A stretch of DNA of 64,000 bases, taken from Burkholderiales bacterium. Its GTDB lineage: Bacteria > Pseudomonadota > Gammaproteobacteria > Burkholderiales > Casimicrobiaceae. The notes beneath the pieces are model-generated. The model worked only from the letters and a program-made list of their open reading frames with translations. It made no database searches and was not told the origin of the DNA. Position 1 is the first letter of the stretch, and each line of letters opens with the position of its first letter. The stretch spans positions 239,674 to 303,673 of the forward strand of contig JAXMFN010000003.1 in NCBI GenBank assembly GCA_046347725.1. The letters run 5' to 3'. Of this stretch, positions 1 through 10,306 are shown piece by piece. Position numbers and translations under genes: made by a program.

Positions 1-1308
<1,308 letters not shown>

Positions 1309-1432
1309 CCTTGGGCTGGGGGCAACAGCGGGGTGGGGCGGTGACGCGCGGTCCGGCCGCTCGCCGGTCGGATCGCGGACCGACCTCGGTGGTCCGCGAT
1401 GGTCGGCCCGCGGACACTGTTGAGCGCGGCGC

Positions 1433-1441
1433 AGTCTACCA
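1433..1441 (-). promoter_or_regulatory. Extended -10 promoter (TGgTAGACT) for the TMEM165/GDT1 gene
   Basis: TG-n-TAnnnT match about 125 nt upstream of the start, with a structured leader in between. Confidence 0.55.
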
Positions 1442-1611
1442 AACGGTTGGTGCCGCCCTCGAGGCGGACGGACGCCGCCCCGTCCGCCGATGGCAAAATG
1501 GGCAGTCCAACGGAACCCGGCGCGCGCGACCCGCTCTATCGACAGGTGCGCCCGCTCGGACCGCGACCGGCGCAGCGCCGCCCCTTTCTCGACCACAGTC
1601 CCTTGATTCCG

Positions 1612-3777
1612 TTGACGATTTCTCGCCCGATCCGATTCGTTGCCGGCCTAGGCCTGTTCGCGGCCGTCCTCGCTCACGGCGAGGGGCCGGTCAAGACGCC
1701 CAATGTCGAAGCCGAGCTCGTCCCGGCGAGAGCCGCCGCGGTTCCCGGCCAGCCGCTGGTCGTCGCGCTGCGGATCAAGCACCGCGACGGCTGGCACACG
1801 TACTGGCGCAATCCGGGCGATTCGGGGCTGCCGACGACGATCGAGTGGAAATTGCCGGCCGGCTGGAAGGCCGGGGCGATCGAGTGGCCGGCGCCGCACG
1901 CGCTCCCCGCCGGGCCGCTCGTCAACTACGGCTACGAAGGCGAGATCCTGCTGCCGACGCCGATCGCGGTGTCGCGTGATACGCCGCTCGGCGGCGAGGC
2001 GAAGATCGCCGCGCGCGCCGACTGGCTCGTCTGCAAGGAAACGTGCATCCCCGAGGGCGCGGACCTCGATCTCGCGCTGCCGGTCGCCGCGACCGCGGGT
2101 CCGCACGCGAAGTGGGGCGCTTCGATCGACGCCGCGCTCGCGTCCATGCCCAAACCCCTCGCCGGGTGGACGGCGAGGGCGACCGGCGAAGGTCAGCGCG
2201 TCAAGCTCGTGCTGACGCCGCCCGCCGGCGCCGCACCGCCGGGCAAGGTCCGCTTCTTCCCCGACGACGAGCGACGCATCGAGCCGTCGGCACCGCAGAC
2301 GCTCGTCCGGGAGGGCGAGGCCTGGGTGCTGACGCTGCCGGTCGCGTTCCAGCTCGCACCGGGGTTCAGCCGCGTCGCCGGCGTGATCTCGGCCTCCGAC
2401 GGATTCTCCGGCGTCAAGGCGGCGACGATCGACGTGCCGCTCGCCGGTGGCGTGGTCGCCGGGCCGAAGCCGGTCGAGGCGCCGGTCCCGGCGTTCCTGC
2501 CGGAGGCGCAATCGAACGCGGTGCCGATGTCGCTCGCGCTCGCGGCGCTGCTCGCCTTCGTCGGCGGCATGATCCTGAACCTGATGCCCTGCGTGCTGCC
2601 GGTGCTCTCGATCAAGGTGCTCGGATTCGCCGAGCACCACGACAGCAAGGGCACGATGCGCCGCGAAGGGCTCTCCTACGGCGCCGGCGTCGTGCTGACC
2701 TTCGTCGCGCTCGCCGCGGGGCTCGTCGCGCTGCGCTCGGCCGGCGAGCAGCTGGGCTGGGGCTTCCAGCTGCAGTCGCCGGTCGTCGTGACCGCGCTCG
2801 CGGTTCTCTTCTTCGTGCTCGCGCTCAACCTTTCCGGCGTTTTCGAGTTCGGGCAGCTCGCGCCGGCGTCGGTGCGCGGCTGGACCGCGAAGAACCGCAC
2901 GCTCGACGCGTTCGGCTCCGGCATCCTGGCGGTCGTCGTCGCCTCTCCCTGCACCGCGCCGTTCATGGGCGCGGCGTTGGGCTTCGCGCTCGCGCAACCG
3001 ATCGCCGAGACGATCGCGGTGTTCGTCGCGCTGGGCCTCGGAATGGCGCTGCCGTACGTCGCGCTGGCCTGGTTCCCCGCCTGGCGGCGCGTGCTTCCCC
3101 GGCCGGGCGCGTGGATGCTGCGCTTCAAGCAGTTGCTCGCCTTCCCGCTCTACGCGACCGTCGCCTGGCTCGCCTGGGTGCTCGGCACCCAGCTCGACGT
3201 CGACGCGATGCTGCGGCTCGCGCTCGCGCTTTGCGCGCTCGCCTTCGCGCTGTGGGCGTGGCACGCGGCGCGCACCGGCGCCGGCGTCGCCTGGAAGGTC
3301 GTAGCGCTCGCGGCGCTGGCCGGCGCGATCGTCGTCGCCAAGCCGCTCGCGACCGCCGAGCCCGGCCCGGCGTCGAGCGCTTCCGCGTCGACCGCCGGCG
3401 GCGGAGACGCCTGGGTCGCGTACTCGCCAGCGACGCTCGCCGAGTTGGCCGCCGCCGGCCCGGTGTTCGTCGATTTCACCGCCGCCTGGTGCGTGACCTG
3501 CCAGGTCAACAAGCGGCTGGTGCTGACCGATCCGACGGTCCTCGCCGCGTTCGGACAACGCAAGGTGACGCTGGTACGCGCCGACTGGACGCGACGCGAC
3601 CCCGACATCACCCGGGCGCTCGCGGCGCTCGGCCGCAACGGCGTTCCGGTCTACGTGCTGTACCGGCCGGGCAAGGAGGCGCTGCTGCTGCCCGAAGTTC
3701 TCACCACGACGATCGTCCACGACGCGCTGGCCACGCTCGGCGGCCCGGCGCTCGCGCTCACGGAGACCTCGCGATGA
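1612..3777 (+). CDS. DsbD-like protein-disulfide reductase (N-terminal domain, TM domain, thioredoxin domain)
   Basis: CKETC, PCVLPVLSIK, SPCTAPF and WCVTC give the six-Cys DsbD relay. Start uncertain; TTG at 1612 chosen. Confidence 0.88.
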   Translation: MTISRPIRFVAGLGLFAAVLAHGEGPVKTPNVEAELVPARAAAVPGQPLVVALRIKHRDGWHTYWRNPGDSGLPTTIEWKLPAGWKAGAIEWPAPHALPAGPLVNYGYEGEILLPTPIAVSRDTPLGGEAKIAARADWLVCKETCIPEGADLDLALPVAATAGPHAKWGASIDAALASMPKPLAGWTARATGEGQRVKLVLTPPAGAAPPGKVRFFPDDERRIEPSAPQTLVREGEAWVLTLPVAFQLAPGFSRVAGVISASDGFSGVKAATIDVPLAGGVVAGPKPVEAPVPAFLPEAQSNAVPMSLALAALLAFVGGMILNLMPCVLPVLSIKVLGFAEHHDSKGTMRREGLSYGAGVVLTFVALAAGLVALRSAGEQLGWGFQLQSPVVVTALAVLFFVLALNLSGVFEFGQLAPASVRGWTAKNRTLDAFGSGILAVVVASPCTAPFMGAALGFALAQPIAETIAVFVALGLGMALPYVALAWFPAWRRVLPRPGAWMLRFKQLLAFPLYATVAWLAWVLGTQLDVDAMLRLALALCALAFALWAWHAARTGAGVAWKVVALAALAGAIVVAKPLATAEPGPASSASASTAGGGDAWVAYSPATLAELAAAGPVFVDFTAAWCVTCQVNKRLVLTDPTVLAAFGQRKVTLVRADWTRRDPDITRALAALGRNGVPVYVLYRPGKEALLLPEVLTTTIVHDALATLGGPALALTETSR

Positions 3778-4391
3778 ACCCCGACCTGCCCGCGTTCCTG
3801 CGCCGCGCGACGTTCGCCGCCTGCACGGCCGCCCTCGCCACCGCCGCGGTCGCCTCGACCCCCGGCGCGACCGCACCCGACATCACCGCGGTCGATACCT
3901 CCGGCAAGACGGTGAAGCTCGCCGACCAGCGCGGCAAGTTCGTCGTGCTCGAATGGACGAACCCCGACTGCCCGTTCGTCCAGAAGCACTACGACTCGAA
4001 GAACATGCAGACGCTGCAGAACCAGTGGGGTGCGAAGGACGTCGTCTGGCTGACGGTCAACTCGACGCGCGAAGGCCACTCGGAGTACCGGACCGGCGCG
4101 CAGATGGGCGAGTGGATGAAGGCGCAGGGCGGGTCGCCCAAGCACGTGCTGATCGACGGCCGGAGCGACGCCGGCCGCGCCTACGCCGCCAAGACCACGC
4201 CGCAGATGTTCGTCATCGATCCGGCCGGCAAGATCGTCTACGGCGGCGCGATCGACGACAAGCGCAGCGCCAACCCGGCCGACGTCAAGACCGCGAAGAA
4301 CTACGTGACCGCGGCGCTGACCGAGGCGACGGCCGGCAAGCCGGTCAGCATCGCCAGCACGACGCCGTACGGCTGCAGCGTCAAGTACTGA
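3774..4391 (+). CDS. Exported redoxin/AhpC-TSA family protein
   Basis: Signal-like N-terminus, VVLEWTNPDCPFV, YAAKTTPQMFVID, terminal YGCSVKY; ATGA overlap with the DsbD-like stop. Confidence 0.88.
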   Translation: MNPDLPAFLRRATFAACTAALATAAVASTPGATAPDITAVDTSGKTVKLADQRGKFVVLEWTNPDCPFVQKHYDSKNMQTLQNQWGAKDVVWLTVNSTREGHSEYRTGAQMGEWMKAQGGSPKHVLIDGRSDAGRAYAAKTTPQMFVIDPAGKIVYGGAIDDKRSANPADVKTAKNYVTAALTEATAGKPVSIASTTPYGCSVKY

Positions 4392-4545
4392 CCGGGGAGG
4401 GCGGCGGGCGCCGGAACCGGGCGGGATCGGGGCGCGATGCTCGCCCGAGGCGGGCTCCCCCGGGCGAGTGAACTTCCGGGACGCTCCCAGGTCAGAAGCG
4501 GTACTCCTCTTGAAGGCGCGGCGCGATCACCGCCGCGTGGGTGAG

Positions 4546-4578
4546 GCGAAAGGCCGGGAAACCGGCCTTTCGCTTTTT
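4546..4578 (+). terminator. Rho-independent terminator
   Basis: 12-bp stem GCGAAAGGCCGG/CCGGCCTTTCGC, GAAA loop, followed by TTTTT. Confidence 0.9.
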
Positions 4579-4672
4579 CCCCGCTCACGATCGGCGTGCT
4601 CCCGTCCGCGGTCTCGGTTCCGCTGGCTCGGCCGTCCGAACGAGCGCTCCGACCGCCTGCTAGACTCGCCCC

Positions 4673-5302
4673 ATGCCCCTCGACACCTGGCTCGCCTTCT
4701 TCGTCGCCTCGTGGTTGATCAGCCTCTCGCCGGGTGCCGGCGCGATCTCGTGCATGGCCGCCGGGATGCGCTACGGCTACGCGCGCGCGTTCTGGAACAT
4801 CGTCGGGCTCCAGTTCGGGATCCTGTTCGTGCTCCTGATCGTCGCGCTCGGGTTGGGAGCGATCATCGCCGCGTCGACGACGCTGTTCACTGCGATCAAG
4901 TGGCTGGGCGCCGCCTACCTCGTCTATCTCGGCGTCCAGCAGTGGCGCGCGCCGGCGGCGGCCGTGTCGGACGAGGGCGCGGTCGACAGCGACGGAGGGA
5001 CGCCTCGCGCGCTGCTGCTGCGCGGGTTCCTGGTCAACGCGACCAACCCCAAGGGCATCGTGTTCATGCTCGCGGTGCTACCGCAGTTCATCGACCCGCA
5101 CGCGCCGCAGCTGCCGCAGTACGCGGTCTGCGGCGCGACGCTCTTCTTCACCGACCTGGTCGTGATGAGCGGCTACACCGGGCTCGCGGCGAAAGTCCTG
5201 CGCCTGCTGCGCGAGCCGCACCACGTCCGCTGGGTCAACCGGACCTTCGGCGGGCTGTTCGTCGCCGCGGGCGCGGTGCTCGCGACGTTCCGGCGGGCCT
5301 GA
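4673..5302 (+). CDS. LysE/RhtB family amino acid (homoserine) exporter
   Basis: LSPGAG...G.....GLQ and FLVNATNPKGIVF motifs; TM pattern. Confidence 0.9.
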   Translation: MPLDTWLAFFVASWLISLSPGAGAISCMAAGMRYGYARAFWNIVGLQFGILFVLLIVALGLGAIIAASTTLFTAIKWLGAAYLVYLGVQQWRAPAAAVSDEGAVDSDGGTPRALLLRGFLVNATNPKGIVFMLAVLPQFIDPHAPQLPQYAVCGATLFFTDLVVMSGYTGLAAKVLRLLREPHHVRWVNRTFGGLFVAAGAVLATFRRA

Positions 5303-5311
5303 GCGGGCAAC

Positions 5312-5367
5312 GGTCGGCCTGAGGGCCGACCCACGGGGACTCGTGGTGGGTCGGGCTTGAGCCCGAC
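5312..5367. repeat. Inverted pair of REP-like palindromes between convergent genes
   Basis: GGTCGGCC-TGAG-GGCCGACC (5312-5331) and GTCGGGCT-TG-AGCCCGAC (5350-5367); both arms start GTGGGTCGG, on opposite strands. Confidence 0.65.
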
Positions 5368-5396
5368 ATCGGTTCGGCGCGTTTCCGGGTCGGAAA

Positions 5397-6752
5397 TCAG
5401 CCCGACGCGAAGACCGATTCCATCTCGCGGCGGAAGCGCACGGTCTCGTTCGCCGGATCGAAGTCGACGTCGTCCCAGCGCACGGTGGCGTGCGCGGCGA
5501 CCGCGTGCCTGAGCCTCACGCCGTGCGCGAGGCCGAGCGGCAGCGCGCCGGCGGCGAGCGAGTCGGCGGCCGGGGCGAGCTTGCCGTAGACGGTGTAGCC
5601 GCCTTCGCCGTCGAGCGTCTCGCCGGCGGCGAGCGCGCGCTTCGCGGTCGCGACCACGTCGCCGCGCCAGCCGGTCGGCGCTCCGGTCGGCTCGTGCCGC
5701 AAGCCGACGGACGCCACCGAGATGCCGAGCTCGAGCCCGATCGCGTGCGTCGGCTTGTACATCGCGCTGTAGCGACCGGACGGATCGACCGGAAAGCCGT
5801 ACTCGCCGAAGCAGCGGCGCACGTAGTCCTCGCCCTGCGCGGCCCCGGCGCGGAAGGTCACGTACACGCCCCAGCGCAGGTCGCGGAACACCGGACGTCC
5901 ATCGCGTTCCAGCGAGCTGATCACCTCGACCTGGCCCGCGTGGTGCAAGTGTCCGCCCTCGTCGCGCGGGCGCAGCACCCGCGGCAGGTCGTCGACGCCG
6001 CAGGGCGGGAACTCGAGGCCGCCGGGGGCGGGCACGAGCCCGGTCGCGTTGGCGACCGCCGCCATCTCGATCGCGCTCTTCGTGCCGTCGAGGAACGAGT
6101 TGAACATCTGCGCGTTGAAATCGCCGGCGGCGACCTGCTCCGCCGTGAAGCCGTAGTGCGGCCAGACGGTCGACGGTGTCGACTCGTGGTACGCCGGCAG
6201 GTACTTCGTGCCCTTGCCGGCGGCCACGACCTCGAAGCCGGCGGCGCGACACCAGTCGACCTGCTCGCAGATCAGCGCCGGTTGGTCGCCGTAGGCGAGC
6301 GAGTAGACGATGCCCGCCTCGCGCGCGCGCCGGGCGAGCAGCGGACCGGCCAACGCGTCGGCCTCGACGTTGACCATGACGATGTGCTTGCGATGCGCGC
6401 AGCAGGCGAGCACGTGGCGGATGCCGGCGGCGGGGCTGCCGGTGGCGTCGATGACGATCTCGACCTCGGGCGAGGCGACGACCGCGGCGGTGTCGGCGGT
6501 GACGCAGGTCGAGCCGCTGCGTGCCGCCTCCGCGATGGTCCTCGCGGCGTAGCGCTCGGGCGGCCAGCCGACGCGCGCGAGCGAGGCCTTCGCGCGGTCG
6601 GGCGCGAGGTCGGCGATCGCGACCAGATGGACCCCGGGCGTGTGCTTCGCCTGGGCCAGGTACATCGAGCCGAACTTGCCGGCGCCGATCAGCGCCACCC
6701 GTAGCGGCGTGCCCGTGGCGGCGCGCTCGAGGAGCTTGGCGTGGAGGTTCAT
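5397..6752 (-). CDS. Homoserine-dehydrogenase-like NAD(P)-dependent oxidoreductase with C-terminal SAF domain
   Basis: MNLHAKLL...VALIGAGKFGSM (Rossmann fold), VNVEADAL, GDQPALI, DVVATAKR.L..GE.LDGEGGYTVYG. Confidence 0.85.
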   Translation of the reverse strand: MNLHAKLLERAATGTPLRVALIGAGKFGSMYLAQAKHTPGVHLVAIADLAPDRAKASLARVGWPPERYAARTIAEAARSGSTCVTADTAAVVASPEVEIVIDATGSPAAGIRHVLACCAHRKHIVMVNVEADALAGPLLARRAREAGIVYSLAYGDQPALICEQVDWCRAAGFEVVAAGKGTKYLPAYHESTPSTVWPHYGFTAEQVAAGDFNAQMFNSFLDGTKSAIEMAAVANATGLVPAPGGLEFPPCGVDDLPRVLRPRDEGGHLHHAGQVEVISSLERDGRPVFRDLRWGVYVTFRAGAAQGEDYVRRCFGEYGFPVDPSGRYSAMYKPTHAIGLELGISVASVGLRHEPTGAPTGWRGDVVATAKRALAAGETLDGEGGYTVYGKLAPAADSLAAGALPLGLAHGVRLRHAVAAHATVRWDDVDFDPANETVRFRREMESVFASG

Positions 6753-6778
6753 CGTTGTCGACCAGCGGTGCGGTGTTG

Positions 6779-9700
6779 TCAGCGGCGATTTTGCATGAAT
6801 GCGCGACCAGCGGCGAACGCCGAAAGCGCGATCGTCCGCTGCGATTCGGGAAACGCGCTCGCCCGCTCCGAGAGCGGATCGAGCGTCAGCGCGATGCCGA
6901 GCTCCCGCAGCCGTTCGGTGACGTCGTCCGTGTGTTTCGCGATCATCGCGTGCGGCCAGGCGATGGCTGGCTGTAGCCGCGCGTAGGTCCTCGCCCATCG
7001 CAGGGCCAGGTCGGCGAATGTCCGATCGCCGGTGCGCTCGAACAGCCACTCGCAGGTTTCCGGCCACTGGTATTCGGTCGGAATCGGGCGGAAGTCGCCC
7101 CAGACCCGGCGACGCAGCGCCTCTTCGAGCCGTGCGACGCCGGCTGTCCGCGTCTGCGGGCGCAGCGACTGGAAGACGGCGAGCGCCAGGTGGTGGTCGT
7201 AGGTCCATTTCGCTTTCGGCAACGCCGCCAGGTACGCCTCGAGCTTCAACGGATCGCCGCTGTCGGCGCTCGCCATCGCGAAGTAGCCGAGGGCGAACGG
7301 CAGGTACGAATAGGTGTCGAAGGTCCAGGATTCGCGCCCGTCGATCGGATAGAACGCGGCCATCGCATCGAAACCGCGCACCGCCTCGGCCGAACGGCCT
7401 TCGCGCAACGCCTGGTAGGCCTCGGCGAATGCGACCAGCGGGTGCGCAACGACACGGTCTCCATCCCAACGTCCGCGCGCGTCCTCGCGGAACGCGGCGC
7501 GCTGGAGGATCGTCAGGCGCCCCTCCGGGCCGGGTAGCGCCACCTGCCCGGGCGTGGTCTCGGTCACCGGCTTGGGCGACATCTCGATCTCGCGCAACAG
7601 CGCCGGCAGGTCCGGCGACGGCCGCCGGTCGACGGCGTTGATCGTGATCGCGGCGACCATCGGGAACGGCGCGTTCGGTTCGCCGGCCCTGCGCCGCATC
7701 GGATCGGCCATCCAGCGGCGGATCTCCGGCCAGGCACGGCCCTCGGCGCGATGCGCGGCGTCGGCGGCCTGCCAGACGGGAAGCGAGGGTTGCGCGACCA
7801 GCAGGCGGTCGATGTCGGACCAGACCCCGGCGGCGCGTTCGGTGGCGAGCCGGTGCATCAGCAGGTCGCGCCACGCGTACTCGTCGTCGTAGCGCTCGAT
7901 CCGGCGCAGATTGGACGCCTCGTAGTCCGTCCAGCGTCCGTCCATCAGCGCGAGCCGGGTCGATGCCATCATCTCCGCGTGCGAACCGGTGCGACTGCCG
8001 GCGGCGATCAGGTAGAACTTGCGCGCGCGTTCGGTCTCGCCGACCCAGAAGAAGCCGTGGCCCGCCGATGCGGCTGCGTTGCTGAGCCCGACGCGTGAAT
8101 CGACGACCGCACCGGATGCGAAGTCGGGATAGGCTTCGAGCACGCGCTCGGCGGCGGCGTAGTCGCCGTCGTTCTCCATGCGGTGGCGGGCGATGGCGAC
8201 GCGCGCCTCCCAATCGTCGGGTCGCTCGCGCAGTCGCTGGTTCCAGGCATCCAGAGGATCGCTCGCCGGCGGGTCGCCACGCGCCGCGGATACACTGGCG
8301 CGTGCCGGGCTGCCGTGGAAGCGGTTGGCGAGCGCCTGGTCGATGGCCGTCTTGAGCGAGTCGTCGTTTCGTCGACTCGACGTCGACAATGCGCCGAGAA
8401 TGAACAGGGGCACGGCACTGCGCTCGGCGTAAGCCAGCGCTTCGAGCTGCGCCTGCTGAACGACGGAGGGCTCGTCGGACCAGCTGATCGGCGGCCAGTA
8501 CGGGCGTGTCGGCCGGTCCCTCCCGTAGCCTTGCAGGAAGGGGATCGAGTCCGGCGACGGGGTTTCCAACAGGGCGATCGCCGCGCTCGCGGTACGGGTC
8601 TGCCCCTGTTCGAGCCGCGCCGCAGCGACCGCCAATGCCCGGGCGCGAGAGCGGGAGGCTTCACGATCCGCGGCGGTTCCTTGTTCAGACTGGTCGTGAT
8701 GGAAGAAGCCGGCGGCCACCAGCCAATCCGGGTGGCCGGATAGGGCGACGTCGAGTGCGCTGTGCCAGGCGATCGCCTCTTCCCGGATGCCGCGCAGCGC
8801 GTACGCCCGGTACAGCGTCGCGCAGGCGTCGGCGACCGCGCGCGATTCGAGCAGATCGAGAAGTGCCGCCGGCGGGCAGGAGGGAGATCCGCTGATGCAG
8901 TCCTTGAGCACCCGATCGTCCGCCCGGACCCGGCGCACGTGCTCGATCGAAGCCACCGCGATCGCCGCCTCTAGACCCGGCCCGTGCCGGTCGGTCGTGC
9001 GCCGTACCACCTCCTGGGCACCGAAGTCGCGCAGCGGAAAGACGTCGTCGAGCAGGAGCTTGACCGGGAAGCCGGCGCCTGCCCGCCAGGCGTCGTTGTC
9101 ATCGTGGCGCGCCGCGAGCAACGGGCCCCAGGCCGGCATCGACGCGATGACGGAACCGATCGCCGCGCGGTGCTCGTCGCGCGCCGGCACGCGGTACGCG
9201 GCACGCAGGTCGCCGAGTTCGATCGTCAACATCGCCCTGAACAGCGGCGACTCGATCCGTCCGAGGGCGCCCTCGAACTCCGGCAGGTTGCCGGCGGCGA
9301 GCTCCTGCAGCGCGGTCGCGGTCGGCCCGGTGAGACCCACGAGTGTCGCGAGCGCCAGCGGTCGCATTTCGAGCCGCAGGTACGCGAGCGCGCGAAGACA
9401 CCGACCGTCTTCCGACTCGATGCCGGCGCGGTCCAGGACGTCGAGCGCCTGGATGTACAAACGCTGGCGTGTTCGATCGTGCATCGCCGGGACCAGGGAG
9501 GCGAACCAGGCGAGCGCAGCAGCGCGGTGGAGCGGTGGGGCGGACGTCAAGGCATCGAACAAGCCCGGCGCGTCGGGAATGACGTCAGGCATCTTCGCGG
9601 CGTGGTCGGCGGCGACCGCCGGTGGGTTCGGCGATCGCGTCAGCGCGACGATCTCGGGCAGGAGTCGGCGCAGAGCGACGATCGGCGGCGTGCCATTGGG

Positions 9701-10306
9701 GAAGGCGGAATCGGTCCAATGGCGCAACCCGAGGCGTCGCTGGACCCGGCCGGCACCCGCCTCGCTGGTGGATGCCGAGACGAACAGACGTCCCTCGCCG
9801 TCGTGACCGACGTGGATCTCGAGCAAATGAGTCGCGCCGAGCGCGCCGGCCAGTCGCGGCAGTTCGTCGCCGAGTCTGCGGCGACCTTCACCCAGCGCTC
9901 GATCGACGGGAGCCGCGGGTGCCGCCGAGACGCCGAGCGCCCGGACCAGTTCGGCGTGCCACAGGGCGCGGGTGACTCGATCGACGCCGTAGCCCTGCAC
10001 CTGGATCGGCGCGACCAGCCACCGATAGCCGCGGTCGCGCAGCGCGGATTCGAAGTCGCGGCGCTCGGATTCCTGCCAGCGCGATGCCGGTCGAGCCGAA
10101 TCGAGGAACATTTCCGCGTAGTCGCGACGCGGTAGCGGCTCCTGCCACCAGGCGGCGATGCGGGCGGCGTCTGGCGTACCCGGGAACGAGGGAGCCGCCA
10201 TTGCACCTGGCGCCGTGCCCGATACGCCAGCGCGCGGGGCCTGGGCGCGAGATCCCGAGGCGACCGCCAGCAGAACCAACAGAGCGACGCCGACACGCCG
10301 TCGCAA
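6779..10306 (-). CDS. Large secreted hypothetical protein (~1175 aa), probably helical-repeat/TPR-like
   Basis: Long ORF with globular protein composition (W, Y, F, D, E well represented). TTG at 10306 gives a signal-peptide-like MRRRVGVALLVLLAVASGSRAQA. No catalytic motif recognised. Confidence 0.75.
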   Translation of the reverse strand: MRRRVGVALLVLLAVASGSRAQAPRAGVSGTAPGAMAAPSFPGTPDAARIAAWWQEPLPRRDYAEMFLDSARPASRWQESERRDFESALRDRGYRWLVAPIQVQGYGVDRVTRALWHAELVRALGVSAAPAAPVDRALGEGRRRLGDELPRLAGALGATHLLEIHVGHDGEGRLFVSASTSEAGAGRVQRRLGLRHWTDSAFPNGTPPIVALRRLLPEIVALTRSPNPPAVAADHAAKMPDVIPDAPGLFDALTSAPPLHRAAALAWFASLVPAMHDRTRQRLYIQALDVLDRAGIESEDGRCLRALAYLRLEMRPLALATLVGLTGPTATALQELAAGNLPEFEGALGRIESPLFRAMLTIELGDLRAAYRVPARDEHRAAIGSVIASMPAWGPLLAARHDDNDAWRAGAGFPVKLLLDDVFPLRDFGAQEVVRRTTDRHGPGLEAAIAVASIEHVRRVRADDRVLKDCISGSPSCPPAALLDLLESRAVADACATLYRAYALRGIREEAIAWHSALDVALSGHPDWLVAAGFFHHDQSEQGTAADREASRSRARALAVAAARLEQGQTRTASAAIALLETPSPDSIPFLQGYGRDRPTRPYWPPISWSDEPSVVQQAQLEALAYAERSAVPLFILGALSTSSRRNDDSLKTAIDQALANRFHGSPARASVSAARGDPPASDPLDAWNQRLRERPDDWEARVAIARHRMENDGDYAAAERVLEAYPDFASGAVVDSRVGLSNAAASAGHGFFWVGETERARKFYLIAAGSRTGSHAEMMASTRLALMDGRWTDYEASNLRRIERYDDEYAWRDLLMHRLATERAAGVWSDIDRLLVAQPSLPVWQAADAAHRAEGRAWPEIRRWMADPMRRRAGEPNAPFPMVAAITINAVDRRPSPDLPALLREIEMSPKPVTETTPGQVALPGPEGRLTILQRAAFREDARGRWDGDRVVAHPLVAFAEAYQALREGRSAEAVRGFDAMAAFYPIDGRESWTFDTYSYLPFALGYFAMASADSGDPLKLEAYLAALPKAKWTYDHHLALAVFQSLRPQTRTAGVARLEEALRRRVWGDFRPIPTEYQWPETCEWLFERTGDRTFADLALRWARTYARLQPAIAWPHAMIAKHTDDVTERLRELGIALTLDPLSERASAFPESQRTIALSAFAAGRAFMQNRR

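Noticed and set aside
1309-1611. Calling a canonical yybP-ykoY riboswitch as a feature
   Set aside because: The conserved GGGGAGUAG and GGCGAGACC motifs are not intact; kept only as a candidate leader in findings.
7000-8213. Apparent fusion upstream of the SAF dehydrogenase (938-aa ORF)
   Set aside because: The extension overlaps the large ORF in another frame and has shadow composition; the real start is 6752.
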